Below are positions 42,301 to 54,380 of a DNA stretch of 64,000 nucleotides, piece by piece. The notes beneath the pieces are model-generated. The model saw only the letters and a program-made list of their open reading frames with translations. It did not search any database and was not told where the DNA came from. A program made the translations under genes and the position numbers. The stretch lies in contig NOWV01000112.1 in the NCBI GenBank assembly GCA_003344405.1, positions 124,001-188,000 of the forward strand. The letters are read 5' to 3'. The number at the start of each line of letters is the position of its first letter. Position 1 is the first letter of the stretch. This DNA is from Trichoplax sp. H2. Its lineage: Eukaryota.

Positions 42301-42470
42301 TTCCAATGATTATTTATTTTGTAGTGAAATTCATGAAAGAGGATGAAAGTAAAGTCCAGTTGGCTATATATGGGTTGAAACAAGACGATTACTATGAGGC
42401 AATACCATCCGAATTTACTACTTTCGTATTTCATCCGGATAAGACTGCTGACAGTCATATTTATGAATAG
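24003..42470 (+). CDS. Paralog B (apparently complete): CARD-like - ZU5-ZU5-UPA-like - SH2 - SH2 - VPS9 - RA protein
   Basis: ATG exon 24003-24360 ends at a GTAAG donor. Probable exons ~24865-24964, ~25652-25779, ~26029-26062, ~26502-26558. Then 27892-28878, 29096-29174, ~30503-30552, 31707-31791 (LWYQEDMTK), 31945-31976, 32448-32553 (TFVVRKS), 34023-34193 (FVSLEDLLTHY), 34973-35068, ~35174-35263 (YVYM), 35472-35488, 36346-36412, 36605-36636, 36806-36914, 37902-38009, 38183-38371, 39640-39857, 40343-40533, ~41023-41217, 41292-41542, ~41630-41687, ~41787-41879, ~42325-42470 (HIYE*). Exon order and intron phases mirror paralog A. Confidence 0.8.
27892..28878 (+). other. ZU5/UPA-like module exon of paralog B (homolog at 2103-3092)
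   Basis: VTRFT resembles the (H)FS motif at the end of ZU5. LTCWIPH resembles the ZU5 PVxLxIP strand. GRLQINLAGDIKPL...SKGSVEF resembles the ankyrin/PIDD UPA segments GKPIYVDCxGNLVPL...GRLSF / GQVSF. The exon is strongly conserved between the paralogs. Confidence 0.6.
32954..33540. mobile_element. Solo-LTR-like element (587 bp) in an intron of paralog B
   Basis: Termini TGTCAC...GTGACA flanked by a perfect 5-bp direct repeat CTACT (32949-32953 and 33541-33545). The minus strand has TATAA-like and AATAAA motifs in LTR order. Confidence 0.75.
38906..39405 (+). mobile_element. Solo-LTR-like element (500 bp) in an intron of paralog B
   Basis: Termini TGTCA...TGACA with flanks GGTAG/AGTAG (4 of 5 match) and an internal TATATAAA at ~39158. 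Its 3' end CTTGTCACAAAGCTGCTTTATGACA resembles the reverse complement of 14532-14556. Confidence 0.6.
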
Positions 42471-42519
42471 AAACCTGCGATGATATTGCAAATTCATGAT
42501 TAGAAAATACACATGGTAA

Positions 42520-42698
42520 ATATATGTCTTTCATTAATTCATAAAATTAAATAGGTGAAAAGACATTGCCATTTTTAAATGATAGAAAATTGGGATAAAA
42601 TAATAATCATCGTAAAAATATATCTTTCATTAATTCATAAAATTAGATAGGTAAAAGGGTATTGCTATTTGTACGTGGTAGAAAATTGTGATAAAATT
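42520..42698 (+). repeat. ~97-bp tandem duplication in the 3' flank/UTR of paralog B
   Basis: TCTTTCATTAATTCATAAAATTA.ATAGGT.AAA...TAGAAAATTG.GATAAAAT occurs twice. Confidence 0.75.
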
Positions 42699-43406
42699 GA
42701 TCGAAATTGCTAAACAAGCACGATGTACTATGATACGAATGTAGCTGCTAGTCCATGTCATGACTTGATATACGAGCCAAATTTTGTACGATTTCTGCGT
42801 TTATGCTTCTATGAAATAGAATACAGATCAAGTATTTCTCCTTAAGGCACATGATTTTATCAAATGCTGCATAGCAAACTTCTAATATCCTATTTTAGTT
42901 TCTCTTCAGAAATTCGTATTTTATTATCCTATTGTAGCGAAATGTACAATGAAACTAGCCTAATTACAGTATGTATTTCATAGATGTGATCCGAATAAAT
43001 CAAGCCATATTATTTTCATGGAATTGATCGATTTAATTTGCATTGCGTCTATTAAAACAGCCTTAAGGCGTAAATTATAATAGGGTACAAAATGATACAT
43101 GATTAGATCTATATAAAAGGTATTGAAATTACTACTCAGATGTCAAGTTGTTTGCAATACAGTAGTATTTAACTACAGTACTGACATAAGACTGAACGTG
43201 TATCAAGTAGAGTTGCCAGTTTCTATGTTGCACTCGTTATATAAGTTATTAAAAATCGTGATCAAATTATCTTATTAGCGATGTTATCTTATACTATCGA
43301 CTATCAAGATTAGCAAATGATCGATTTGGTATTGATATTGTCGGAATTACTGAGGTGTCTTTAAGCAGATTGTTACGGCTAGGGAATATACGTATCGTCC
43401 TATTTA

Positions 43407-43509
43407 AATGTTAAGTTAACAAGTGTAAAGCTCATAGAATGGTGCAACAGCATTGCATCACTAACTCGTCAGTCTCGATTAGGAGTTTTACACTTGTTAA
43501 CTTAACATT
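43407..43509. repeat. Inverted repeat / small MITE-like hairpin
   Basis: Perfect 23-bp arms AATGTTAAGTTAACAAGTGTAAA (43407-43429) and TTTACACTTGTTAACTTAACATT (43487-43509) around a 57-bp spacer. Confidence 0.8.
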
Positions 43510-44849
43510 ATAGCGACGAAAACTTTTTTAAAGTGTCCTAGCGCTGCGAACATACAGTACTCTTACTACTTTATTATTTTCAAAGCAATCACGACTTGTA
43601 CTATATATTATGCAGTGGGCTGGCATATGGTCTAAATCAGGGGTCGGCCATGGATGAGTTTTTTTTTGGCGATCCGATATGCCTACCGTGATAAGATTGG
43701 CCAAACTATCATATTTATTACAAGCTTTCTGAAATTGAATCATTTCTACAATTAATAAGTTCGTAATCGATATGCTCATCCGACTCTATGTCAACGAAAA
43801 TCGATTCATGGAATGTTCTCACAGAATATAAAATGTCCCCTAACCGACACCCACAAAACAAGCTTACAATCTGCTTGAAAATATTCATTAATGTTACGTG
43901 GAAAAAGTAAACTAAAACAAAATAGAAAAACTTCTATTATTATTATTTACTGCTATACTATTTCATTACAGAGTTAGGCTTGTATCGTGAAGTTCTGCAT
44001 CCAGAAAATGGTAACGCCCCATAGAGATCAATAATTTTTTTCTTTCTGGGTAACGCCTCGTTTTAAAATCATAACTCGGCTGAGATTCTGCGTATCGTTT
44101 TCTTAATTGTCTATGAAGTTATTTGAACGCTTTATTTTCCTACACCTAATTAATTACAAGGTAATAACGAAGTCATGATAAGTGATATAACGCATCATTG
44201 CCTTTGAAATTAGATCAATGTATAATTATTATAATAGTGGTAGAGCAAAACGGTCTTTTGACAGCATTTAATTGATTTTACTCGCAACATAAAAAAATAG
44301 GTTTCAACATTTTTTTCTCTTCCATTTCAGAGATGCAGTATTATTCTCGTAATATTATTTCTCTTGTAAGAGTTTTAGAATACTTAAAACCATTTTTTTG
44401 CTATGGTTCATACAATCAATTGACTAGAGTACATAAAATTTTTCCTATTAATATTATTTATGATTTGTTCACTTTCTTCTGGTTCACGTTTGCTATGATA
44501 AACTCCAATTGGAGTGTTAACTTGAATTTTAAAGAAGTACAAGGAAATTAAGTTGACATAATAAGAAGATAAAAGAAAAGGCAAACATTTTAGCACAGCA
44601 ATAAGATAAAATTTACTAACTAGTATTGATTATTAATCAGAATGATAAGGCAAGATTATGCACGCATTAATTTGGTAAACTTGAGCAAGTTTCGCCTATC
44701 TTTAATCTCGATTGTAACTGATTATGGCTGCCTTTGATATTTTATGAAGACAACATATAAAACCATTGCTAATTAACCCTTGAAATTATTCATTTTTTTT
44801 AACCATTCTATGTAATGTATATACACAATCTACATACATATCATTATAT

Positions 44850-45030
44850 ACTAGGGTTCGGTAATTTTGTATTTTCGTTGCAAAAAAATCTCAGTCTGCC
44901 TACCCGTACGTGAATGACTGTACACTAAGGTCCAGTAGTTTTGTAATTTGTTGCTAAGAAATCGCTATCTGCATACATATGAGTGGACACTAGGGTTCAG
45001 TAATTTAGTATTTAAGTTGCAAGAGAAATC
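44850..45030 (+). repeat. Three diverged ~70-bp-period repeats upstream of the C1 gene
   Basis: ACTAGGGTTCGGTAATTTTGTATTTTCGTTGC.AAAAATC-like units at ~44850, ~44923 and ~44989. Confidence 0.55.
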
Positions 45031-45700
45031 ACTGAAACTTTTAATTTGGATATTTATCTTTATCCACCCTTTAATTCAAAAGATGAAGGCAATAAAATGA
45101 TTTTTACTGGTGTACCAATAGGATTTATTTTGCTATAGCAATGCCTGTTTATAATATGGTTTACGCTTGTTGCTATACTAGTGGTACTGTAATGTTAAAT
45201 AGAAATTCTGTAGCTTCACAGTAGTCTTTAGTCAGCCTAGTGCAAGGCTTTTAAGTTTACATTTATTTGATTTGATTGTAGACGAATCTATTAGTAATTA
45301 AATGAACTGTTTTAGCGACAATTGTGTAATAAGTGTTCACATTTGATGGACCCTAAACTACACCGTGTACACGCACGCATAAACCTGAATTCTTCAGTTT
45401 AATTTTTTAAAAGATTACTGACTACTTAAACTGTTCCATTAAACGTTATATGATTTTTAAATTAAAAGTCCTTTCCTCACTGATATCACTGTATAAGGAA
45501 CGTCTTCATAGTCGTAATTTTTAGATCATTTCCATTTTGGCTGCTAATTGATTTCCTACGTCTTCTATAACTAACGAGTATCATCAGAATTTCTAATTGC
45601 GATCAACGACTAGCTTATTAATCAGAACCTACTATCATCCTCGTTCTTGCTATTTAGTGAAAAAAGAAAAGTTTCGATTCAAGGTTTGAATTAAAACATC

Positions 45701-48700
45701 ATGTCGAACAATTGTGCGGTCTGTACCTCATCAACTAACAACCATTCCGGGACACGCCTAGGCAAGCCCAAAAGGGTTCACGAGATATCTGGCCATCAAT
45801 TTGTGGCGACCTTTTTTCGTCAGCCTACCTTCTGCGCTCATTGTGATGGATTTATCTGGTTAGTGGATTCTCCCATTAAGTCGTTAAAGTAGTCTTATAG
45901 CTGTAGTATAGAAAAGTAAGTGATGTCGAGAGCAGTTCATTTAGTAAATTGATAGTCTTTTAATTTCAACGTTCATCATCTTTATTTATAGAGTTAGCCG
46001 TCAATTAAACCATTTATTTGTCGTCTCAGTTTCCAATACTAGTAACTTACTATTTGCCAATCATTATTTTGGAGAGTTTAGTTAATGACTTTAGCTCCAT
46101 ACATTAGTCCTTGCAATATCATCTGTGACAAACAATTTGAATGAATATCCTAAGACTATCGTTAGCCAAATCAGAACTGAAGGCACCATCAAGGCTGAAT
46201 GTTTGCCTATTTCATTGGCACCTTTACTGATTACTTAATTCGTTTGGCAAGGGATGTTATCATTTGGAGGGATAGAATATGCACGTCAAACATTATTATT
46301 GAGTGAATTATTCATTCTAGGGCATAATACCCACACTCTTGAAGCCAATACTTGAAAAGTAGTATAATAATATCGATTAGTATAATCATTTCGATAATTT
46401 CGTCCCTACCTGTTGACATGCTGTGCACAGAAAAATCGAATCAGGTTATTCGATTCAAATGATAGGAAATTTACATAATAAGAGAAGAAAATAACCTATA
46501 ACTAAATAAATAGGGTATAATTTGAAACTCAAACTAAATATAATAATTACAAATATTTCAAAGCAGTGCAGAAAATGTACCGTATCTTGACATTTTAAAA
46601 ACAAGCAGTAATCTTGGCATAGGCAATCATGTGAATTATTCCGACTGTTAGTTATATAGTCATCACCATAATGAAAGACTAAATAATACATTAATTTCAA
46701 TCGTAAATAGAATTCCGTTTGGGCAAAAATCAATTATCGACACTACGAGCTACAGCACTGTACTATTTTCCCTCGCCTAGATATAACTAAAATTTTTATG
46801 AAAAATAATGAACAGCACGAAAGATACAGTTGTTTGATTAAGTATGATTAATAAAAAAAATATACAGGCCCCTAGATGCTTATTTTAAACTATAGTGATG
46901 TTTTCTTAAAGTCAAGTTATTATTTTGTAGAAATTAATACATCAAGGCTAGTGGTATTAAATGAAATCATCTTCACATTGCGAGATGATATTTAGAATAC
47001 TTAGTGATCATATCTAGTGGTCACAATAACAGTCTCTATCCTATATCGTTTACAGTAATTTCTTTTAGCTTTAACGCAACATCTATTAAAGTGAGGAAAT
47101 AGTTATTCATTTTTCATGACAGATAGGGAAGGAATGATTAAGGAATATTTATAAGTGCTTTTCATGTTAAATGGCATCTTGCTAATTATTTCAAAAATTG
47201 ACTATTAGCGTTTTATAATTTTTACATAATATTTCTACAATATCATAGGGGAGCCATAAAAAGACAAGGATACCAATGTCGATGTAAGGCAAAATTTTCG
47301 AAATAGATACCGTATGATGAGGTGTACTTTAGATAGGCAAAGAGCTTTGATAAATTTGAAATACGATGGTTGATTTGATAGTATAGAACTTCACGCGTAG
47401 GAGTTTAGTTTAAGTATGTATATAATCTATAAATGCTTTTTCTATCTTCTTGTAGCTTGTCGGATTGTCGTCCATAAACGATGTCATCAGCAAACAGTTA
47501 CCAAGTGCGCTTCGAACTCGGTTGAGGTATATACTACCATAAAAACATAGATTTACAACAAGTATAGCACAGCAAGCATGTAGTAACGGAATTTTAAGGA
47601 ATGCCAATGTGTTATGACATAATTTAGTCGTTAGAGTCATTTTTGATTAAAAACTATCTCATTATAATCTCAAAATATGTCATATTGAACTAGATCGAGT
47701 ATCACTTAAATATTAACTTTACTTGTAATAAATAAATATAGCCTAGGTATCATCTAAGATATCCGTATAGAATCAAATTTTCCTTTTAAACTATATTTTT
47801 TATTATCGCTTCTTACTTCCTAAATAGGCTGAAGATTCTACAGCAGTTGTTGATATCGACATCTCGCACAACTTTACAACGCATAATTATAAGTCACCGG
47901 CATTTTGTACACATTGTGGCTCATTACTGTACGGATTGTATCATCAAGGAAAGAAATGCAAAGGTAAATGATTTCATGTTTGACGAATAGTATTTTGATA
48001 CTGAGTGGAAGCTTTTCTAGATTCTAGTCTGATAGTAATGATCTGTATGTCCTATAGGATGAAAGCAGTATACAGTACGTAATATATTCTTGAGATGGTT
48101 ACCGCAGAACCCTAATATTATGTACTTCTCACTTAATAGTATTTAAACTGATATCCAACACTATCTGACCAAATTAAAGAAATATTATACCTTGTAGTCA
48201 ACTTGATTCGATAGAAGCTGATATCAAAAGCTTTGTGCTAACATTATCTTTCCATTAAGCTAAGGTTAAATAAATATGCATGATTCATATTTTCTACGAA
48301 TTGTAAGTTTATACCAACCAAAAGCTGTTAGCGTTATATTTCCAATCATATTGAATACATAACGGCACTCTATAATATCAAAAATCGGTTTTCTGGGTTT
48401 TAACTTATTCAACTAGTCATGCAGTAAATATCCGCATGATTTTAATAATTGTATCATGCTTCTAAAATATCTCAATCAACTTTCATCCGAAGCTTTTATA
48501 CAACTATTGTGAATACTTCTGTTAAGGTAGCAATTTATGTTCCAAAGATTCGATATTGAATTAATCTATACTTTTAAAAGCATCGTACTATCGATCTACA
48601 GTGCGTATTAATTTTCGTATAATAAGCTCTAAAACTAAACTTATACTATCTGCGTTTAAAGGTGAGTTAGTAAAATTACAACTATGTATTATAAAATCGA

Positions 48701-49276
48701 TTTTTGTACCGATGAAAAAAATTAAAATTGCTCTCAGAAAATTAATATTATTGGCCTATTGGCAAGTTTGTCTGTCCTCCCCGACATCTACTTACCGCAC
48801 GATTCTAAATATAGATGATCTCCTTATCGTTAGGAGATTACAGTTAATCACTAGTCTCTCTTAGACAAAAACTAAATCCAAACTTTATTAGGCAACTAGT
48901 CATTATCAAAAAATGCTAGAATATCTTGTTTATGGAAAATAAGAGAAGTATTTATTCACAAAAGTTATTTTGTGACACTATATCATAATGGTCTATGATT
49001 ATATTTTTATTCCTAACCATAAACTCTATACACCTATAACATAAAACGAGTTTTCTAGCCTCGCATCAGATTTTTTACTGTCCTATATTTAATAATGAAG
49101 ATGTGATAGTAGTACAGATAATTCGCAATCCATTATTACTGAACGTCGAAAGTATTATTGATAATTTTATAGAATGCAAAAGAAATGTTCACACTCGTTG
49201 TGCCCAATATGCTCCAAAGGACTGTGGCATTAATAAAGCACAAGTGACCGGCAGTGGCCCTTCTAGAGATGCTTAA
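45701..49276 (+). CDS. Stand-alone tandem C1 (DAG/phorbol-binding) domain protein, PKC epsilon/eta-like C1A-C1B, 167 aa
   Basis: Exons 45701-45858, 47249-47283, 47456-47526, 47828-47963 and 49173-49276 total 504 nt in frame. They encode [51 protein letters not shown] and [50 protein letters not shown]. An in-frame TAA lies just upstream of the ATG, and the stop is 17 codons after C1B. Confidence 0.88.
48760..48890 (+). repeat. Dispersed repeat, copy 3 of 3 (intron of the C1 gene)
   Basis: Core GTCTGTCCTCCCCGACATCTACTTAC, plus a downstream CACTAGT.TC..TTAGA..AAACTAAA shared with copy 1. Confidence 0.7.
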
Positions 49277-51752
49277 CGCAAACATTCACTGTCCTCAGAC
49301 GATGAAAAATAGGTATAATCAATATACGATTTAATTATACTGTAGTTCCATTAAATTTGGAAAACTACATCAAGATTGACACTTTAATTACTTTATTAAT
49401 CAAAATTGAAATAGGATTTGACCTGTCAAAAAGAAAAGTTCAAGTGAAGTTGACATGGTATTGCTTCTATAAAGGAAGATTGGGCAGCACGTTATATAAC
49501 CTTAAAATCATTAAAAATGTTTTTCAGCCTGAATTTTAATGCATTAGTTCAAGAATTTTGCTTTCAAATACTTTACTGCACTGTAGGCGATAATGCGCTT
49601 TTTGGTATGCTGTTATAGGGCTAAGATATTGCTCACTATGGCTGTGATATACTGTTAAATTACAGGATATTACTGTAATAGTATTTGCTAAATTACCAAT
49701 TACTATAATGGTAGTATTTTACAATGCATGCATAATATTATAATATAAAACTGGTGATATTTTTTGCTTATTTTGGCTTTATACGTAGATGATCTATTTA
49801 AGTCATGCTGCTCAATGATAATTTTGCCTTTTTCTTTTAGTTATGCTACGTAATACAAAAATAAACTGCTTAATTTTTGCTTGACCTTGTTGCTTTATTC
49901 TCTACATAAATTGCACTAAACAAATGAAATGGAATAAACTGTCGAAATGATATACAAATATAAATGCTACATCTTTGATGTGGATACTAAAGATTAATTG
50001 ACTAGCTTCTAACTCCAGTTGGAATTTCGAACAGAGTCTACTTCGCGATAGTCACTACTTCACTTATAAATATTGTAACATACTTTATGTAGATAAAACT
50101 GTTAAACTCGTTCTCCAATGTACGAACATAGGATCATAGTAACTACTTTTAATTATATTTACAGTTTACAGCTTCAAATTATTCGTTTTATTCTCTAAAA
50201 GTCCACAAAATAGTAACAACTTAGTCGCAAGGGTAAAATTTAAAATTTAATTTAAATTATTATTAATTGTGGGTGTAGCTAGAATTAAATGTAATCAACT
50301 TGTTTTGTAACTGTGAATAATTTCGGTTAAAATTAGCGATGTTGATACTTTTAATACTTACACGAATTGTATAGCCTAACATTTGAATACCTAGCGTTGA
50401 TGATAATTTTAATTTAGGCATCCGAATACCCATATCATAGGTAAAATTCTTTAATTTATATTTTCATCTTCGCAATTCTATATCTTTTATAGTTAATATC
50501 AATACTTTTAGCAGACGGTAGTAACGGTTTCAATTTGATCACCCGTTGGCATCTGGATCATCAAATTGAATTTGCAATTAACTATATAGCATCAAATGAT
50601 ATACTAACATTTTTATAAAGTAACATGACTTTTATCCCCAAAGGATAAAAGATTTGGCATTAGAATAGTTTAAGTCAGAGCTTATGGGAAAGGTTACGGA
50701 GCGAAATAGCGCTGTCGCGAGATTGCAACATTTCTATTTATTTTTAAAATTTTTTATTAATGAATTCTCATCTATGCAGTCAATCAGTTTATTAAATATT
50801 TTATATGATGTTGTTATCTTGCTAAAAGTTATCAATATATTCCTATATTAAAGTATACAACACTTCAGTAACGTCCAAAATGCATTTTATACGTTAACAG
50901 TTATCAAAATCTCGTTCGCAAAATCTTATAAAACGCATTTAAATCCCATTTTTTAAATACTCCTGCATCCAATGTCATCGAAGTACGCTACGAAACTACG
51001 CTAACTTCCTATAGGTATCTCATACTAGTTCATAACATAGTTGTTTCAGTACGACGTATTCGTTATCCGTAAGTCAAACTACTGTCGTCATGGGAATACA
51101 GAGAAATTACGTCAATAGGTATTACAGAGTCAATCCAACGATAGTTTAGCGCTTAAATGGATATCTTATCATCATAGTTACACAAACAGTAACGGTTACA
51201 TTATTGCTGCTCATAAATGGTTAGAACAGAGAGCATAAACTTTCCAAGTAAGATTAATAACTTAATCATTAAGACATAATCGATCAATTCGAAAATATCT
51301 TTTTGAAAGAAAAAAGCACATTCCTAGATCAGATCTATGGATTTCATTCCGCTTTATCATGCAAAACCACACAGCTTTTATCATACACGTACAAATTATC
51401 AATACAGAAATTACTTTGAACAAAGTGTTGAAGAAGAATACTTTAAATGTAAGTAATATCGCAGCGTGCATTGGTGAGAAGGTTATAGTCAAATTGACAA
51501 GTAGTTTAAATAGTAACGATTATGATACGCTTAGTAATATACTTGATCTGCCAACATCGAACATCGAATAATTTTACTGTCATAATCCTGCAACCTTTAT
51601 AAATTAAGCGATACTGAAATAGTATTTTCACAATTTCAAATATTAAACAAAAAACGATAATTCTACTTCGAATACAGGTATTCTTATTTTATGAAGGTGT
51701 TGTTCGTGCAGGTATTTTGGCCTTAAACACTGTAAATAACAACTACTGATAA

Positions 51753-54220
51753 CTAATGTAGGAATCGGATGCTCATTTTCTGTTCGACGTCAACTTTTTC
51801 TAATGCCTAGTAAATGGCCACAGTGAAGTTTAGCAATAGCAGGATTCTCGATTTCTAGACCTATTTATTGTAGTATTTATTACGCCTACAGTAAAGCATA
51901 TCATTTTACCTTTTTGAATTCATCAAACGATATACAACCATCTTCATCGGTGTCAGCTTCAACGATTGCACGATCAGCGATGCAACCCAACTATATAAGA
52001 AAATACATTACATTTAAATCAATGGTAAAAACAATGAGTGTAATCGTGCTGTACTTCCTCCGCAATACACGACTGTCATTTATAGCAATTACCTGCTCAT
52101 CAGATATGTTCGTACCGACCATCATATGGAGAATCTGTCAATGAAATTATCCATATTAGCATGTAATAAAGCTGAAGGCTATATCAGTCAATTAAAGCAA
52201 GTCTAGTATGTGTGAAAATAGTCGGTATATGTATGCCACTACTTGTAAAATAAAATATTATACACTAATACAATATACGCAACTGGTAACAGTCATATTT
52301 GAATATTTTTAACTGAACATTGGTAATAAACTTTGGTAGGGTACAACAATAATACTGTATTGATGAATAAAGTTATCTTAGTAAGAGCGCCAAAATGGAT
52401 GGTTAATATCATAAAATGAAGTTGAAGTTGCGCAATTCTATCAATAAATATGTTTGATTATCGAAACACCCTTATATACAGGGTTCAAAATAGTAGATTG
52501 AATGATTGTAAGCACCCTAAGTTGCATCACAGCTTAACTCACGTCGAGTAATTCATGTCTGGATATTTTGCCATCGTGATCGAGATCATACATCTTGAAT
52601 GCATCTGGCATAGAAAAAGAGCCGGTAAATACTACTATTAGAATAATCGATTGGAAGAAAACGTTGTAAGTTGAAGTAATGCAATCATGTCCATCAGGTG
52701 TAAAAACAGTGTTCAAGGGAAATTTGGTAATGTAAACAATATTGCGAAAGGTAATCCAATTCAACGATGGCACATCATTGAGTTATGTTATATACCAGGG
52801 ACTACACAAGGTTATAAATGGCCGATTTACCTCCCTTTCGTTTTTTGAGCAGTCTCTGGCTATATGCACATCGAATATTAGCCAAAGACGAGTTAAGACG
52901 AGAAAATGGGCGATTTTAGCTTGCATCATCACTTACATTTTAATTTTTGTTCTCGAATTTCCTCTATTGCTTGCGGTTTTTCATTTGGTTTACAAGGTCT
53001 AAATAAAGCCAACGTTCTCATAAATTGCCTAAAGTTAATACTTGGTTCTGCACCATTATTTCTGGAATGACAAGCAGAAAGAATGCTGTTAATATAGCAT
53101 AACTCTATATTCCATCCATGATGAATATGATCGAGAAGCCGATGTTAAGTGGACAAACATGATCGTCTATAATAAGTATACAAGCTAGAAGGATAAAACT
53201 TACGTCGAATCCCAGAAGAAAGACTCAATAATGCGGTCACCGAGCGGATTGATAGCAAGTTCAGGAATTCGCATAAACTCTTCACGCCTAAGTTAGAAAC
53301 ATTGGATGATCTTGATTAGTATTTTGTAACGTCCAGCAATAAGGTCAATATCGACGATATATTTCATTCTTCCGCATTGACAATTGTTATCCTACTATTC
53401 TACCAGTATTATTATGTATTTATAATCGTCAGTAATTTAAAATAGTTCCATGACTGCGATTGAAGGTCACTGAAAAGAGAAATTGGAATACGCTATAATA
53501 ACCTCTGAGTATCAGAATACTATCCGTATCATAAGTCAAAGGATAATATGATTACTACTCTACGTCTGTTCGGAGCAATCATGAATGAATTTGTGAAGGT
53601 ATTTCTAAGTGATTGCACAGTCCATCTCTACGAATAGAAATTGAAGAGTACTGCCAACATGGGCTCATATGAATTGGCACTGTAGAATATGACACAGCCG
53701 TGGCTATCCTCCAGTACTACCGTCAATCCTATTGCAACTTATCAGGCATTTTACTCTCCATATTCAAGTGTACGAGAAAAGATTGCGCTAGGCATTAAAT
53801 CGTATCAAAACAGCATCTGTGTACTCACGTTAAACTGCCAGTATTGCGCTTATCCAAAGTCGAAAATCTGCTGTGCAACCGCTGGATTTGACTGGGAGAA
53901 ACTAGAATAAATCCATAAGATCCATTTGAAGGTTAAACAACAAGTTGAATGCATCAGTTACTAGTACAGTAGCCCTAACTAAGATAATTTAACACCAAGT
54001 TGAATCAATCAAACATTAGAGATGATCATTATTCAATCGAGCCATCCATCATTGCAACACTGATTTATGCAAAGCCACTGAAAAAATGACATGACTAACC
54101 CTTCATTTATATTGATACTACGGACAATAATTGCCCCATCCACTTGTACTTACAATGAGTTTCTTTTTGGATAGCAGCAATTTCTTCCGGTCGTAATATT
54201 AATGAAGAATTAGAACCCAT
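51753..54220 (-). CDS. CHP1: Calcineurin B homologous protein (EF-hand, N-myristoylation motif), 195 aa
   Basis: Eight exons: 54154-54220 (MGSNSSLILRPEEI), 53829-53901, 53204-53287 (FMRIPELAINPLGDRII), 52937-53061 (INFRQFMRTLA), 52543-52604 (AFKMYDLDHDGKISRHEL), 52093-52134 (MMVGTNISDEQ), 51910-51990 (IADRAIVEADTDEDGCISFDEF), 51753-51806 (KVDVEQKMSIRFLH*). Total 588 nt. The motifs match animal CHP1. Confidence 0.95.
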
Positions 54221-54380
54221 TTCTCATCCTTGACACTGGAGCTAAAATGGAAAAAAAAAAAATGGCTTCTCCTTGCTGTTGCTGGCTATGGAGGTGGTGC
54301 CAATCCTGACTGTATAGTCCTGTATGCGTACCGGGCCTTAATCATTTGCCCTAGGCCTTGTAAAGTACACACTGCAATAC

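Noticed and set aside
43620-43860. hAT/Buster-like terminus CAGGGGTCGGCCA preceded by GTCTAAAT
   Set aside because: I found no matching right terminus or second TSD.
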